64,000 bases of DNA from Camelus ferus (Eukaryota). Under the pieces are notes generated by a model. It was not told where the DNA came from. It saw only the letters and a program-made list of their open reading frames with translations, and ran no database searches. The number at the start of each line of letters is the position of its first letter. Position 1 is the first letter of the stretch. Where the stretch lies: assembly GCF_009834535.1 (NCBI RefSeq), contig NC_045696.1, positions 105,898,001-105,962,000 of the forward strand. The letters run 5' to 3'. Of the stretch, positions 12,999 to 26,863 are shown piece after piece. Position numbers and translations under genes: made by a program.

Positions 12999-15072
12999 TT
13001 CCAGCCTGTATTTCCATGCATTAGATTGTACTCATGGTTTTTTCCTCTTTTACAGTAAATAGAATTCTAATTATACTTTTTGTACTGTTTTATATTTTGC
13101 TCTTTCTGTATCATTTATTTCCATCGTATTATACACATTTGACAAACACTAGTTCAAAAGGCTGCTCACTGTGCTATCAAGTGGGTATATCATTGTCTGT
13201 TTCTTAATGTTTGGGCAGTTAGATTATTTGCAAGTTTGTCATATTTGTATATTTTACTTTGTATATGAAAATTTTTCTGAATTCAAGCTTCTAAATAGGT
13301 ATATTACCGGATTAGTAGGCTTACCTTGTTTTCAAGGTTCAGTGCATATTTGCAGATATTTTCTAAAAGCTGGTTCTAGGACCACTGTCTATTTTAAGAG
13401 GATAAATTTAAATGTTTTTCAGTATAAATGATAAGGTATGTAGTAATGTTTTAGCAGTTACTCTTTAGTAATTTGTAGAATTACTTTAGAGCGTCTCTTA
13501 CATGGAATTACAATGATTCACATAAAATAATCATCTTTAACAAATGAAGTTCTACACTGTTCAGTTTTTCAGCGCTCAGTATAACGCATACTTCATTGTA
13601 AACAAATCAACAAATGAGGCTGATGTCTTTGAACAGTCGGGTCCAGTGTAGGGGGTGAGGACTGAAGCCCAGATAAATCCAAATCCCATCACTTACTGTG
13701 ATTGAACCCTAAAGGCAGAGATAGTAAATGTAGTGTTCATGATAAGTACACTGCCCCTTGCAGTTCTTTTATGAACATTAACTTGTCTTCTGGCTATGTC
13801 TTATAATAGCAATGAAATAATTGGTGAATACTATCACATTTCATTTTTAAGAATTTCCCTTTCAGACTCTCAAAATTTCTTCCATGGTTTTCCAAATAAG
13901 TTTTTGTCTGAACTACTTGTTCATCTGTATAACAGGTTTATACTGATTTCTGCTTATCATGACTTAAAGATGTAAAATCCAGTGGTTCTGCTGGCACACT
14001 GCTAGGGAGGCTGAGAACATTCAAAGCCTTTCCTCTTTCTGCCAATGAACAATTGACAGGATATGGGTTTGTAATTTCAGTCTAAGGGTTTAGCTGAGCT
14101 AATTTTCATTGCTGAAGTTCCTGTGTCCTCTGATAGCTTCCTGGAAAAGTTTTCATAGTAGTTTCATGCTTGTCCTCAGCCTTTGATCATTTGCTTGTGC
14201 TCAAATAGAAGAGCCATACAAGACTGAGGATCTTGCTATGTTAGGGTAACCCTGTAAAGAACATATCCTTTAAAGAAAAGAAAAAAGGAGAGAAAAAATA
14301 ATTTAAAAGTATGTTAATTGCTTAGAAAACCTTGGTTTAGGCTCTGCCTCTGTGTCTCCTAGATAATTTACTTAATTTCTCTGGGCTTTAGTTTCCTTAT
14401 CTTTAAGCTGAGAAGGGTCTGTAACTCCTAAAGTGTCTCCTAACCTGAAACTCTGAGTTACTTCTTAGGCTGGACTCTTGTATGAGATGCTCCCTACAAA
14501 ATAAGGGCGACTAAGGGAAATAGGAACTAGAATGTTTTTTATTTTCAATGGTATGGCAGTAATTTAATTCTCTTCAGAATATCTTTATAAAAGATTTATC
14601 GGTTTGCTGCCTTGTTTGTTTTGCAACAGTATCAGAGTTTTAGGTCAAACAAAGGACATTGTATTTTTAATTACAGCACAGCACATTTTGTGAGTATGTC
14701 CCCTCTCAATATCTACCTTTAAAGTGTTGTGCATGAAGCCCTGAAGAGCTACAAGTTACACTGTAGTTTTGGTTAGACTACCCCATCAGTATGTTTACTA
14801 AGGGTCTTGAAAACTAAGAGTTAGTTATATTGGCCTTAGATTCCTCTGATCAGTTAAGGGGCTGAAGTTTTCTTGACTTAGAGCTTCTTTTACCCTTTAA
14901 GAATTAGCCAAAGACAGCACAGCCAAATTCAGGAAACATCATTGATTGACAAGTAGAAATGTGTGGTTAATTATGTTCATCACTACTTTAAATACAGACT
15001 GCAATTAGGTCTAGGTAAATTGTGGAGTGCCCATTTTCACTACTTTGAGAAATAGTAGGAATTGTCCTAGAG

Positions 15073-17112
15073 CAGTGGTTCTGAAACTGGACAATGTGAA
15101 CTGCCCCCTGTAAGATGCTTATGATATTTGTGGGGGTGATTTTGTTGTACTTGCTGTTGCTGTAGTGATTGGAGGAGGTGCTACTATTATGTAATGGTTA
15201 ATGTAACATCCTGCAATGCATAGGATAGTCATGTACAACAGAAACATATTTCATGTACAACACAGCTTTGGCGTTACCCTCCAGTTAGTCATATAGGTGA
15301 AAAGTCTTATTATTTGAACCTAGATCTGAACTTTATATTATATAAAAATATAATACAAAGTATTTTTTACATTATTTTAATACATTAATTTTGGAGGATA
15401 TAGATTTGGAAAGTATAGATTTGGAAAATTTGTGGCACCAGTGGCTTTTGTGGTATTTGTTCATCAGTACAACACACCTGGATTAGTCTGTAATTGTAGT
15501 TAGTTGTCATATCCATGGTGATTCTAAGTATAGATGTAAACCTCTGACTACATCATTATGCAGAGATATGGTCATGTCCAAGTGTTCATATACTGAGATA
15601 TACATTATTATTTTCTTTTATTTCCCCTTTGTATTACTATTAGGCTATTATATGGGTTTATATTTTTTAACATTTTTTATTGATTTCTAATCATTTTACA
15701 ATGTTGTGTCAAATTCCAGTGTTCAGCACAATTTTTCAGTCATTCATGGACATATACACACTCATTGTCACATTTTTTTCTCTGTGAGTTATCATAACAT
15801 TTTGTGTATATTTCCCTGTGCTATATAGTGTAATCTTGTTTATCCTACAATTTTGAAATCCCAGTCTATCCCTTCCCACCCTCCACCCCCCTGGCAACCA
15901 CAAGTCTGTATTCTCTGTCTATGAGTCTATTTCTGTCCTGTATTTATGCTTTGTTTTTGTTTGTTTGTTTTTGTTTTTGTTTTTTAGATTCCACATATGA
16001 GCGATCTCATATGGTATTTTTCTTTCTCTTTTTGGCTTACTTCACTTAGAATGACATTCTGCAGGAGCATCCATGTTGCTGCAAATGGCATTATGTTGTT
16101 GGTTTTTATGGCTGAGTAGTATTCCATTGTATAAATATACCACATCTTCTTTATCCGGTCACCTGTTGATGGACATTTAGGCTGTTTCCATGTTTTGGCT
16201 ATTGTAAATAGTGCTGCTGTGAACATTGGGGTGCAGGTGTCATCCTGAAGTAGGGTTCCTTCTGGATACAAGCCCAGGAGTGGGATTCCTGGGTCATATG
16301 ATAAGTCTATTCCTAGTCTTTTGAGGAATCTCCACACTGTTTTCCATAGTGGCTGCACCAAACTGCATTCTCACCAGCAGTGTAGGAGGGTTCCCCTTTC
16401 TCCACAGCCTCTCCAGCATTTGTCAGTTATGGATTTTTGAATGATGGCCATTCTGACTGGTGTGAGGTGATACCTCATTGTAGTTTTGATTTGCATTTCT
16501 CTGATAATTAGTGATATTGAGCTTTTTTTCATGTGCCTTTTGATCATTTGTATGTCTTCCTTGGAGAATTGCTTGTTTAGGTCTTCTGCCCATTTTTGGA
16601 TTGGGTTGTTTATTTTTTTCTTATTGAGTTGTATGAGCTGCTTATATATTCTGAAGATCAAGCCTTTGTCGGTTTCATTTGCAAAAATTTTCTCCCATTC
16701 CGTAGGTTGTCTTCTTGTTTTACTTCTGGTTTCCTTTGCTGTGCAGAAGCTTGTAAGTTTCATTAGGTCCCATTTGTTTATTCTTGCTTTTATTTCTTCT
16801 AGGAGAAAATTTTTGAAATGTATGTCAGATAATGTTTTGTCTATGTTTTCCTCTAGGAGGTTTATTGTATCTTGTCTTATGTTTAAGTCTTTGATCCATT
16901 TTAAGTTGATTTTTGTATATGGTGTAAGGGAGTGTTCTAGCTTCATTGTTTTACATGCTGCTGTCCAGTTTTCCCAATACCATTTTCTGAAGAGACTTAT
17001 ATGGGTTTATATTGAAATTGGATATATATGTATGTAAATTAATAACTTCATTTCAGATTTTTTAAATATTTATATAAAAAGAATATTGAATATGAGAGGA
17101 TTGAAAACTATT
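15073..17112. mobile_element. Old hAT-Charlie (MER20B-like) element interrupted by the young L1
   Basis: Begins ctagag|cagtggttct, has MER20-like internal motifs (ggtgctact, aacatcctgcaatgcatagga), and ends in a degenerate ttgaaaactattctag. Confidence 0.5.
15665..16996 (-). mobile_element. Young 5'-truncated L1: ORF2 C-terminus plus 3'UTR
   Basis: ORFs 16371-16946 and 15984-16361 are L1 ORF2 ([33 protein letters not shown]) in one frame, split by a single TGA. Perfect 17-bp TSD ttatatgggtttatatt at 15648-15664 and 16997-17013. Confidence 0.95.
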
Positions 17113-17355
17113 CTAGGTAGTATTTAGCTTAAAGTACTTTGAAAACCTTGAGAACTGATCTAATAAAAGTGCTTTTATTAAAGGTGATACACAAGTACAA
17201 CCTATATGTTAGACTGTAATTACATGCTGTATGCCTATGTGATGTGTTTACAAAGTCATAGAATCTGACAATCCATTTTGATTCTGTTATTAGTAAATTA
17301 TTAATATGATAATATCAAAGTAGAAATTTACAGAGCCAGATGTAACCTAGCAATG

Positions 17356-17580
17356 TAGTTCACCTTCAGTATCCATGGAGGTTTGGTCCCAGGAACCCGC
17401 ACAGATACTAAAATATGCTGACACTCAAATCCCTCATATAAAATGGTGTAGTATGGTGAATACAGTCAGCCCTCTGTATCTGTGAAATTTTGATCCATGG
17501 TTGGTTGAATTCATGGTTGTTTGAATCCATGATTGGTTGAAACTGTGAATGTGAAACCCGTGGATATGGAAGGCTGACTG
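17356..17580. mobile_element. TcMar-Tigger non-autonomous element (MER2B-like)
   Basis: Inverted termini tacagtcagccctctgtatc and gatatggaaggctgactgta, with TA flanks. Confidence 0.8.
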
Positions 17581-20500
17581 TATTCCCTTTGATAATTTAC
17601 TCCTGGTTGAGGAAAACATTTCTAGGTTTCATTTAAACACAGTATTGCTTTACTAGCATCATCAGTATTTCTATGAATGATTAGAATCTTTCTGAAGATT
17701 TTACATCAAAAAGTTGACATTTTGAATGTGAGAATTTTGTGCTTGAAACTGAAGGTAGGGGAATTGATTTTGGAGATTGGTGTAATGTTGCTTTAGTAAG
17801 CAAAGACCATAGTTAACTATAAAGCTAAAGGATTAAACTTTACTATGCATTTTGAGATGGCAGAAGAAACACATGTGACCTTTGCAACTTACTTTGCAGG
17901 TTTTAAGTATTTAAGACATTCTGATTTTGAAGTATAGCATAGATATACAAAAACTTATAAAACATAAATTTAGAGCTTAGTGAATTTTTCTAAAGTGAAA
18001 TCCTGTTTTCTTTTTCTCTATATTAAAGATAATGGTTATCCTTTCACATCATGGGAGTTCCCCAGTCTGTCTAAATTTAATAGAAAATGCCATTTTATGG
18101 GAATAAGCACTTCTGTAGTCAAACATTAGTTGAAAATACATACTTTTGGAAATCCTTTTAACATTACTGGAATTGCAACACAGTTGGGATACAGTACTTG
18201 GTGAAACCCATTTGATGTTTCTCCACATGACAGGAGCTTATGGATTGGAGACAAAGTGGCATTAGGCAATCAGAATTCTGTATGTTTGTTATTATTTTTC
18301 CATTTTATTTTTTTATTTGGGAATACATACCCACTACAAAATACAGATTGAGATTTTGTGAAGTCTTATGCAAATAAACTTAAATGATTTCTGGATTAAA
18401 TCATTTCAGTTTTTTCAATATAAGGAGTTCTAGGAGAGCTAGATGTATGTGGCATTTTGTCTATGTATTGGTAAAATATTACCTTCACTTCATGTAAAGA
18501 TGTCATCTTTGGAAGCTGTTTATGGTATTTCTTATACTAGGTGCTGAAAGACTACATTGAAAGCCATGTAGTTAATTTTTTCCTGTCAGGCATGATTTAA
18601 ATCACAGTTTTAATGATCCAATATAATTATTCTACTAGCAACTTCCATAGAATTTGATTCATTCATTCATTCAGCCATAAGTAAACACTTACTGAGCTGG
18701 AAATAATACGAAGTTGAGGAGCTATCACTAAGCAACAGACTTCAACGTTGTGTCCTCCTGCTTTGGCACAGATAGTGCTTGGGCACACAGAGGAGTATTA
18801 GGGAAGGATTCCAAGAGTTGAGAAGAGTAAGAGTTTGGTCAGGAGATGTGTATTTGAGGACATCCTAGGGACAGGAGATGATAGGTTTAAGATAGGAGGC
18901 AGGAGAGAATATGGGACATGCTGGCAAGTACCAGCAGCTCAGCGAGGCTGGATTAAGGATAGTATGTATGGGAGTGTTGAATGACAGATCTAGAGAGTAA
19001 GGAAGGTAGGGGCCCATGAATTCATTCTTGTAATTCATTTTAGATATAGCTGCTTCATCAAGAAATTCTTAATGTCTACCATAGTGCCTTTTCCTCTAAT
19101 ACCTGAGAAGTTTAGAATTTTGAATCTGGGGAGTTGAGGCTGTAGGATGATGAGGTACAGTCAGTCTCTGAAAAGATTGCTACTCTGGACTCCAGAAATG
19201 CAGGGAGCCTTACCATTTCCAGCTGTCTGGTAAGGATGAGATCTCAGAGTTTTTGTTTTTATAGTTTTGCTTTCCTGTATTACTATTGATACTTGTTAGG
19301 TGATTTTGGTTTAACTTGTGAGAATTTTGCCAAAAATTTGTGCCGAAGAAATCCGGGAATATACAGGTTTATCTTGATTGTAATTCTATGACAGATGGCT
19401 TATATTTCACAAACCTATCTCAATTTTAAATGCTAACTTTTGTTTGTCCTCTCAGCTTTTGTTGACAACTCCAGATTTATATGTAGTAATTGCTGTGGCT
19501 TGGTGTTCAGGAGATGGCTTTCCCCTGTTTGTCTCTGCATGGTGGTATTTGAATATAAGCAAAACATGTTCTTTATAATTTGATGTAGCATGTTTTCATT
19601 CCACAGATACTTCTTGAATGCCTAATTCTTGCAAAGTTGAGAAGCTCTTCCACTGAAGACAATCTGTAAAGGCTGTTTTGCAGTGATTTGCCTATAGCAG
19701 TTCCAGGATCAGTGACTGTTAAATGACCTCTGTAGTAACTTTGTGGAGTTTTGTTCATGTCTGTGAAAGTTGATCAGTTTAGAATTCCTGAGTATAGTGG
19801 TTTCTCTGTACACTGTGGTGAGAGACTAATTTAAAAAGAATGACAGCCCTCAAGGATCTCACAGTCAGCATAATATGGTTTGTTATGGTTAAATGTCTTA
19901 CACTTTTTTTTCTGGTGCTTTAATAGTTACTATGTAGAGTGTGGTGTAGGGCTCACCTGCTATAGAGTTAGCCCCAAGTTCAGATTCCAGAACTGCCACT
20001 TTTTAATCCATGAGATCTCAAGTTCTGTAAGTGTAGGATGCTTCCTTAAGGAGTAGAATTATTACCACAGGGTAATAGTAAGGATAAAATACAGTAATGC
20101 ATATAATGGACTTAGTAGAATGCTAACACATAGTTAAGTACTCTCCTTTAGCTATTATTAATTCTATGATCCTGTGAGCTATTTTTAAAATAATTGTAGG
20201 AGTAGGGATAATAATGTTTGTCTTAAATTCATTAAGCAATTACAGATGGCTGCTCTGTACATATCACTTTTGGGGGAAACAAAAGTAATTGAAAATATGT
20301 AACTGATAGCTCAGAAGAACAATTTTTGAATTAAAATAAAATAAATAGCGACAAACACTGGACTTACTGTGTTCCAGACATTCTTTACTCAATTTTCATA
20401 ATTATGTGATGGGGTAGTTACTGTTGTTTTCACCATTTCACAGATTAAGGGAATTTAAGTAGGGAGAGGATGGATGATTTGCCTAAGATCTCTCTGCTAG

Positions 20501-21029
20501 TAGCTGATGGAGCCAGGTTTCACAACAAAGCTGTTAGACTCTGAGACCACAGTCTAATTGATGTGCTGTTTTGCCTGCAGAAACAAGACTGACTCATCTG
20601 AAAGATTCAGAACCTCTATGACAGTGTCAGTGTGATAGGTCTGGACTATGGGGTGTAAGAATTAGGAGGGAGGAATCAGTAAAGGCAAGGATGTTCAGGG
20701 AGGAAAGAAAGCTGTCATTTACTAGAACCTGCAGTGTGTCAGGCTCTTACATATTAGCTTCTTCAGTTTTCACAGTGTTACCAGGAGGTACATTTTATTA
20801 TTAATCACTTTTTTGGTTAATGGAGACTCAGGAAATTTAACTTGCCAAAATTCACAGAGCTGGTAAGTGGGATAAGTGGGATATAACAAAACCTTTTTGT
20901 TACAAAAAATTGCAAACGTATACCAAAGCAGAGGAGTAATACAATGTACTCTTCATCACCTAGCTTCAGTAAATACTACGAATGTTTTGCCTCTCTTGTT
21001 TCATCTATTTCTCTCACTTTTAAAAACAA

Positions 21030-22310
21030 CTTTATTGAAGTATAATTGACTTACAGTGCATATATTTAAAGTGTACGATTTGATATATTTTAACATAGGT
21101 ACCTACCCCTGAAACCATCACCACAATCAAGATAAGGACCGTATCCATCACTCCCAAGAGTTTCCTTGTGTCCCTTTGTAATCCCCCCTTCTTACCTCTT
21201 CCTACTTCCCTCTCTACTCCCACACAAGGCAACCACTGCTCTGTTACTATAGACTAGTTTGCATTTTCTAGAATTTAATGTAAATGGAGTCATACAGTAC
21301 ATACTCTTTTTGTCTGGCTTCTTTCACTAAGCATTGCTATTTTGAGATTCACCTATATTATTACATATGTCTGTAGTAATTTTTTGTTTACTTTTTGCTA
21401 TTTTGGCTGTACAGAATTCCATTGTATGAATATACCACTTAAAAAAAACATTCACCTGTTGATGAATATTTGAATTTTTTCCAATTTGGCTAGTATAAAT
21501 AAGGCTGCTGTAAACAATTTGTGTAAGTTTTTACATGGATATATATCTGTGTTTTGTTTGGGTATATATTTAGGAGTGGGATGACTGGATCATAGGGTAA
21601 ATGTATATTAAGAAACTGCCAAACTGTTTTCCAAAGTAGTTCTGTTGTTTAACATTCCCACCAGCTGTGTATGAGAATTCTAGTTCTTCCCCATCCTTGT
21701 CTACACTTGGTATGGTTGGTCTTTTTAATTTTAGCCCTGTAAGACAGCTGTAGTGGTATCTCATTGGGGTTTTAATTTATATTGACTAATGCTAACTGAT
21801 CCCTTTCGCCATGTATCTCCTTGGATGAAATCTCTGTTCAAATCTTTTGCCAATTTAAAGAAACTGAGTTGTTTTTTTTATTACATTTTGAGAGTTCTTT
21901 ATATATTTTGGATCCAAGTTTTTCACGTACTTTGCAAGCATTTTTCTCCTGCCTGTGGCTTGTCTTTTTATAATACAAACAGTGTCTTCCTTAAGGGCAG
22001 AACTTTTAGTTTTGGTGATATTCAATTTATTAATTTTTTAATTTTATGAATTGTGTATATGGTGTCATATCTAAGAATTCTTTACCTAATCCAAGATCAC
22101 AAGGTTTTCTCCTGTATTTTCTTCTAGAAGTTTCACAGTTTTCGTGTTTACATTTAGGCCTGTGATGTATTTTGAGTTAATTTTTATTTTGGGTGTGAGG
22201 TATGGATTGAGGTTCATTTTCTTAGCATATGGATGTCTAGTTACTCAAGCATCATTTATTTAAAAGACTATTTCCTTTTCTCATCAAATTACCTTTACTC
22301 CTTTGTTGAG
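21030..22310 (-). mobile_element. Old L1 (L1MB-like) 3' region
   Basis: Starts ctttattgaagtataattgac, followed by degenerate antisense L1 motifs. Confidence 0.85.
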
Positions 22311-23505
22311 TTGAGGTCAGCTGCCCATTCACTTCTTAAGAAATGGAATAATTTAAAACAAATGCCGAGAATAATGTTGTTTTACTCCTCGTATACTTCA
22401 TTAGCATCTGTGACTGACAAGAACTGATTTTTAGAGATATAATAAACATTCCATTATTAAACCTTATAAAATGTATAATATTTCCTTAAAGTCATGTAAT
22501 ACTTAATCTATTTAAATTTCCCAGATTGTTTCAGAGCAGTCTGCAGTGTTGACCAATAAAGGGTTTGTTTTCTTTATCATTATTGTCACATATTTGTATA
22601 TATTTGGTGTGTTTCAGTCCTTGGATGTCATTGTTTTTGATGCTCAGAAATGCTTCAGGTTGGCTCTTGTCTCTTTTGACATGACACTTTCATTTTTTAA
22701 ATAAATGGGATTTGAACCTTGGTTTATTTACCTTCAGCGCCCGTGTTCTTCTCAGTATTATTGTTGTGCCTTCTTGAAGGAAACCTTTAAAGAATAAATG
22801 AGACTGAAATGCACGGTTGAAGGGTACATTTGTCGGAATAGTGATTTGGTGTGGGGAGTGTCAACACGTTTGTGAACTTAGGTCCAGCAGCAGAAAGCAA
22901 AAGGTGCTTGTGGCACAAGAGCCTGAGCTGTGGAGTGGTAGGACAGGCAAAGGGAAACAGGCCGGAGACAGAGCACAAAGGACCTTGCAAGCTGGTTTGG
23001 TGGATTTGGTCTTTTTAATTTTTTTAATTTAAGTTCATGACATTTTATTTCTCACATGAGATTGATAGAAAATTATTTTTGAAAGAATGCCCTTTTGATT
23101 GCCATTTTCATGGAGTTTGCAGAGAAAAATTTGGCCAAAGAAGCCAGTATCAATCAACTAGGTAAGTCTGGAGAGAATTCCTTGTTGAGTGGTTGGTAAC
23201 TGAATTTCTCAGGACCCCTGTGTTTCTTAAACCTTTCTTCTTTCATATGTAATATACTTATGTTGAATTTTAGTCTGTGAGGTGTATATACATACTTTAT
23301 GTAGTGATAACCAAAAGTATTTTTAAGTAATGGTGGCTTACTTTTGCTTAATTTAATTGGCCTCTTGTTACCTTAGTGGCTATATTGAAATCCAAGGACT
23401 AATTATGGATTGGTGGGCTTTTTCATATTATAGTATAACATTTGGCTAATTATTTTTATTTTTACTAAGTTTCACTTACTGATTTCTAGAGCCCCATGGT
23501 TATGA

Positions 23506-23676
23506 ATGTGCTTCCACTCCATAATGCCTCCTGCTATGGCAGACATCCTTGACATCTGGGCAGTGGATTCACAGATAGGATCTGATGGCTCCATACCTGT
23601 GGACTTCCTTTTGCCCACTGGGATTTATATCCAGTTGGAGGTACCTCGGGAAGCTACCATTTCCTATATTAAACAG
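23506..23676 (+). CDS. PIK3CB: PI3K catalytic subunit beta (p110beta), first coding exon, codons 1-57; exon begins at 23490 with 16 nt of 5'UTR
   Basis: Translates as MCFHSIMPPAMADILDIWAVDSQ...ATISYIKQ, the p110beta N-terminus. Acceptor tttctag ends at 23489; donor CAG|gtatgt at 23677; 171 nt. Confidence 0.97.
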
Positions 23677-24689
23677 GTATGTTACCAGGTGGAATTTCTA
23701 TAAATATAACTTAGGGGGAAATGTTACTCTGTTATCAAAAATGTTATTAATGTAAATCATAGGGTAAATTTGAGGGAAGTTTAACCTATAGGTCATACAT
23801 TTTAAAGATTTTGATCCATACTTTGTCTTGGATCTTGTTTTTTTGGCCATATGAGATGTACTCATTTTCACTCCCACTACTGATTTTTTTTTTAATCCAT
23901 ATGTGATACCTGAGTTAAGACAAATTAGCTTATGTTAGTTAGTTTGAAAGGTTTATTCAGGTTGAAAGAATGTCAGAAAGAATCTGACATTGTCAAAGAA
24001 AGTTTTATTTTGAGATAAGATCTCTGTACTTACTGTCTTTGAACTTGTCACACACACCACCCCCCCTTTAATGTGACTTTTGGTTGGTTGTCTCTTATCC
24101 CATTTTTCTTCCCTTTCTCTTCCCCATCTTGCGTCCCTACTCCCACTACTTTTCATGGTCACTCTGCAGGAAGAAAAGGTTTTCTGCTGTTCACTAGATT
24201 TTTTTCCCCCCAGTAATGAATGGTATGTCCTCATTTGAAAGCAAATTCTTTTGCATAACAAGGCTTGCTTGTTTTGTTGGATTATTTTTTCAAGTTAATC
24301 GGTGAGGGCTATTGATTTGTGAAGACTACAATTTATAAATGAAATTATTTTTCTAAACTTTTTCTTTCATATTTTTCAAATAGCTGAACTCAATATGGAA
24401 ATTGGGGGAAACAGGGGGACAGTATTTATGACAAACCTTTTTAAAGCTCTTGACTTTGGACAGCCTCTTAGTTCTTTTTTTCAAGCTTCCTCATCAGGGA
24501 GACATAAGAATTCTAAAACTGCATGATCTCTGAAGTAAAAACAAAAACAAAACAAAACAAAACACCCCCACTGTTTTAGGCACTCTACAGGTGCAGAGTG
24601 CACTTTTATAGTCGCCAGTGACAGATATGGATGCCTGTGTCCAAAGCTGAAGCTGGATTAACCATTGATACACTGCTCCTTCTTAAAAA

Positions 24690-25880
24690 AATTATTTTTG
24701 TAAAATATGCACAACATAAAATTTACCATCAGAGTCATTTCTAGGTGCATAATTTTGTGGTATTAAGATTTTCACAGTGCTCAATCCATCACCACTATTC
24801 ATTTCCAGCATTTTTCATCTTCCCAGATACAGACTCTGTACTTATTAAATAATAAATTTCCCCTCTCCTAGTCCCTGGTTATCTCTACTCTAGTTTTGTC
24901 TGTGTGAATTAGTTTATTCCAGCTGCCTCATGTAAGTGGAATCACACAATAGTTGACCCTTGGTGTCAGACTTTTTTCACTTAGCAATATTTTTGAAGTT
25001 CATTCATGTTTTAACATAAAACCAAATTTCATTCCTTTTAAAGACTAAATAATATTCCATTGTATGGATAGACCACATTTTGTTTGTTTGTTCTTCTTTT
25101 GATGGTTATGTACACCTTTTGGCTGTTGTGAGTAATGCTGCTCCGAACATTGATGCACATGTATCTGTTTGAACCCCTGCTCTCCATTTTTTGGGGTATA
25201 TACCCAGAAGCAGAATTGTTAGATTATATGGTAGGTAATTCTCTTTTAACTTTTTAAGAAACTGCCAAACTTTTTTTTACAGTGGTGGTACCATTTTATA
25301 TTCCCACCAGCAGTGCACAAGGGTTTCAAACTCAGAATGCTGGCCAACACTTGTTATTTTCCTTTTTTTAAATAATAACCATTCTTATGGCTGTGAAGTG
25401 GTATCTCATTTTAGTTTTTATTTGCATTTCCCTAATGATAATGATGTCAAGCATCTTTTCATGTTCTTATGAGCCATTTGTAAAATTGTCTGTTTAGAAC
25501 CATTGCCCTTTTTTGGGGGGATGCTGTGGGGAGGAGGTGATTAGGTTTATTTATTTCTGTATTTTTAGAGGAGGTACTGGCGATTGAACCCAGGACCTCC
25601 TGCATGCTAAGCATGCACTCTACCACTGGAGCTATACCCTCCCCACCCCCAACCCTTGTTGCCCATTTTTTAATTCAGTTTTTTTGTTGTTGTTGAGTCA
25701 TGGGAGTTCTTTATATATCCTGGATGGTACTCTCTTATCAAATATATAATTTGCAGTTATTTTCTCCCATTCTGTGTGTTGCCTTTTCACTCTCATAATA
25801 ATGTCCTTTGATGCTCAAAAGTTTTTCATTTTGATGAAATCAAGTTTACCTATTTTTTTTTTTCTTTTGTTGCCTAGCAT
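24690..25880 (-). mobile_element. Old L1 (L1MB-like) 3' region
   Basis: aacataaaatttaccatc, cccaccagcagtgcacaagggtt, gtggtatctcatt motifs. Confidence 0.85.
25510..25650 (-). mobile_element. Vic-1-like SINE nested in an old L1
   Basis: Same head and tail motifs; flanks ttgccc(a)ttttt. Confidence 0.88.
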
Positions 25881-26637
25881 TGATTTCTCCTGTTTGTTTT
25901 ATGTAACTGTGTCTGAGGATTGGCCACGATTTTCATTCCTCAGCTGTTGGCTTTTGTCCTGACTGCAGTTAAAATATGTAATCCACCTTGTGTTTGTATG
26001 ATGACCTTGTTTTGCATGATCTCATCCAGGATTCTTGGGGAGAGATGATGAGAGATTGACTCTTCTCATCCTGACAGGTCAATGCTAGTTAATAAAGATG
26101 ACTGGTGAAGAGAAAAGAATTCAGAACAGAAATAATGTAAATTTTGTATTGAGGTGATGATTGATACATACTTTATTCTCTTTTTTTTGGATTAGAAGTT
26201 ATTTATGTTCACAAGAGTGTGAAATGTGGAAGTCTTCATTGATTCTTATTCTTTATAGATACTCACTTTTAATATTTTTGTTTATATAAATGCACTTTTT
26301 GCATTGTGCCATCGTACTACTTTACACAAATGAGTTAATATCATTCATATTCTCTTGCAGTTTGCTGTTTATAAAAGAAACTAACCTTAATATATCTTGT
26401 GTTACTGTGTTTTCCTATTTTATTATCACAGTTCCATGTTACTCTGTTTTTCTATTTTATTACCACAGTTCTATAATATTCTGTAATTTATGTAACCAAT
26501 CCCTTATTGCTAAACATTTAGCTTGTCCTCAGTTTTTGAGTTTCACAAACAGTGCTGCAGTGAGCATTCTTGTAGATACAGCTTTGTACACTTGAGTGTT
26601 TACATTCCAAAAAAATGTCTTACTATCTTTTCTGCAG

Positions 26638-26863
26638 ATGTTATGGAAACAAGTTCACAATTACCCAATGTTTAACCTCCTTATGGAAATTGATTCCTAT
26701 ATGTTTGCATGTGTGAATCAGACTGCTGTGTACGAGGAGCTCGAAGATGAAACAAGAAGACTCTGTGATGTCAGACCTTTTCTTCCAGTTCTCAAATTAG
26801 TGACAAGAAGTTGTGACCCAGGGGAAAAATTAGACTCAAAAATTGGAGTCCTTATAGGCAGAG
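26638..26863 (+). CDS. PIK3CB: p110beta coding exon 2 (adaptor-binding domain), codons 58-133
   Basis: tctgcag|ATG...G|gtaatt; MLWKQVHNYPMFNLL...KIGVLIGR; 226 nt, phase 1. Confidence 0.97.

Noticed and set aside
16486..17037. 183-aa plus-strand hydrophobic ORF
   Set aside because: It is the antisense reading of L1 ORF2, a common artefact, with no splice or homology support.
1..23489. PIK3CB promoter or non-coding 5' exons
   Set aside because: There is no CpG island. Candidate acceptors (for example near 6433 and 6495) cannot be told from background without transcript data.
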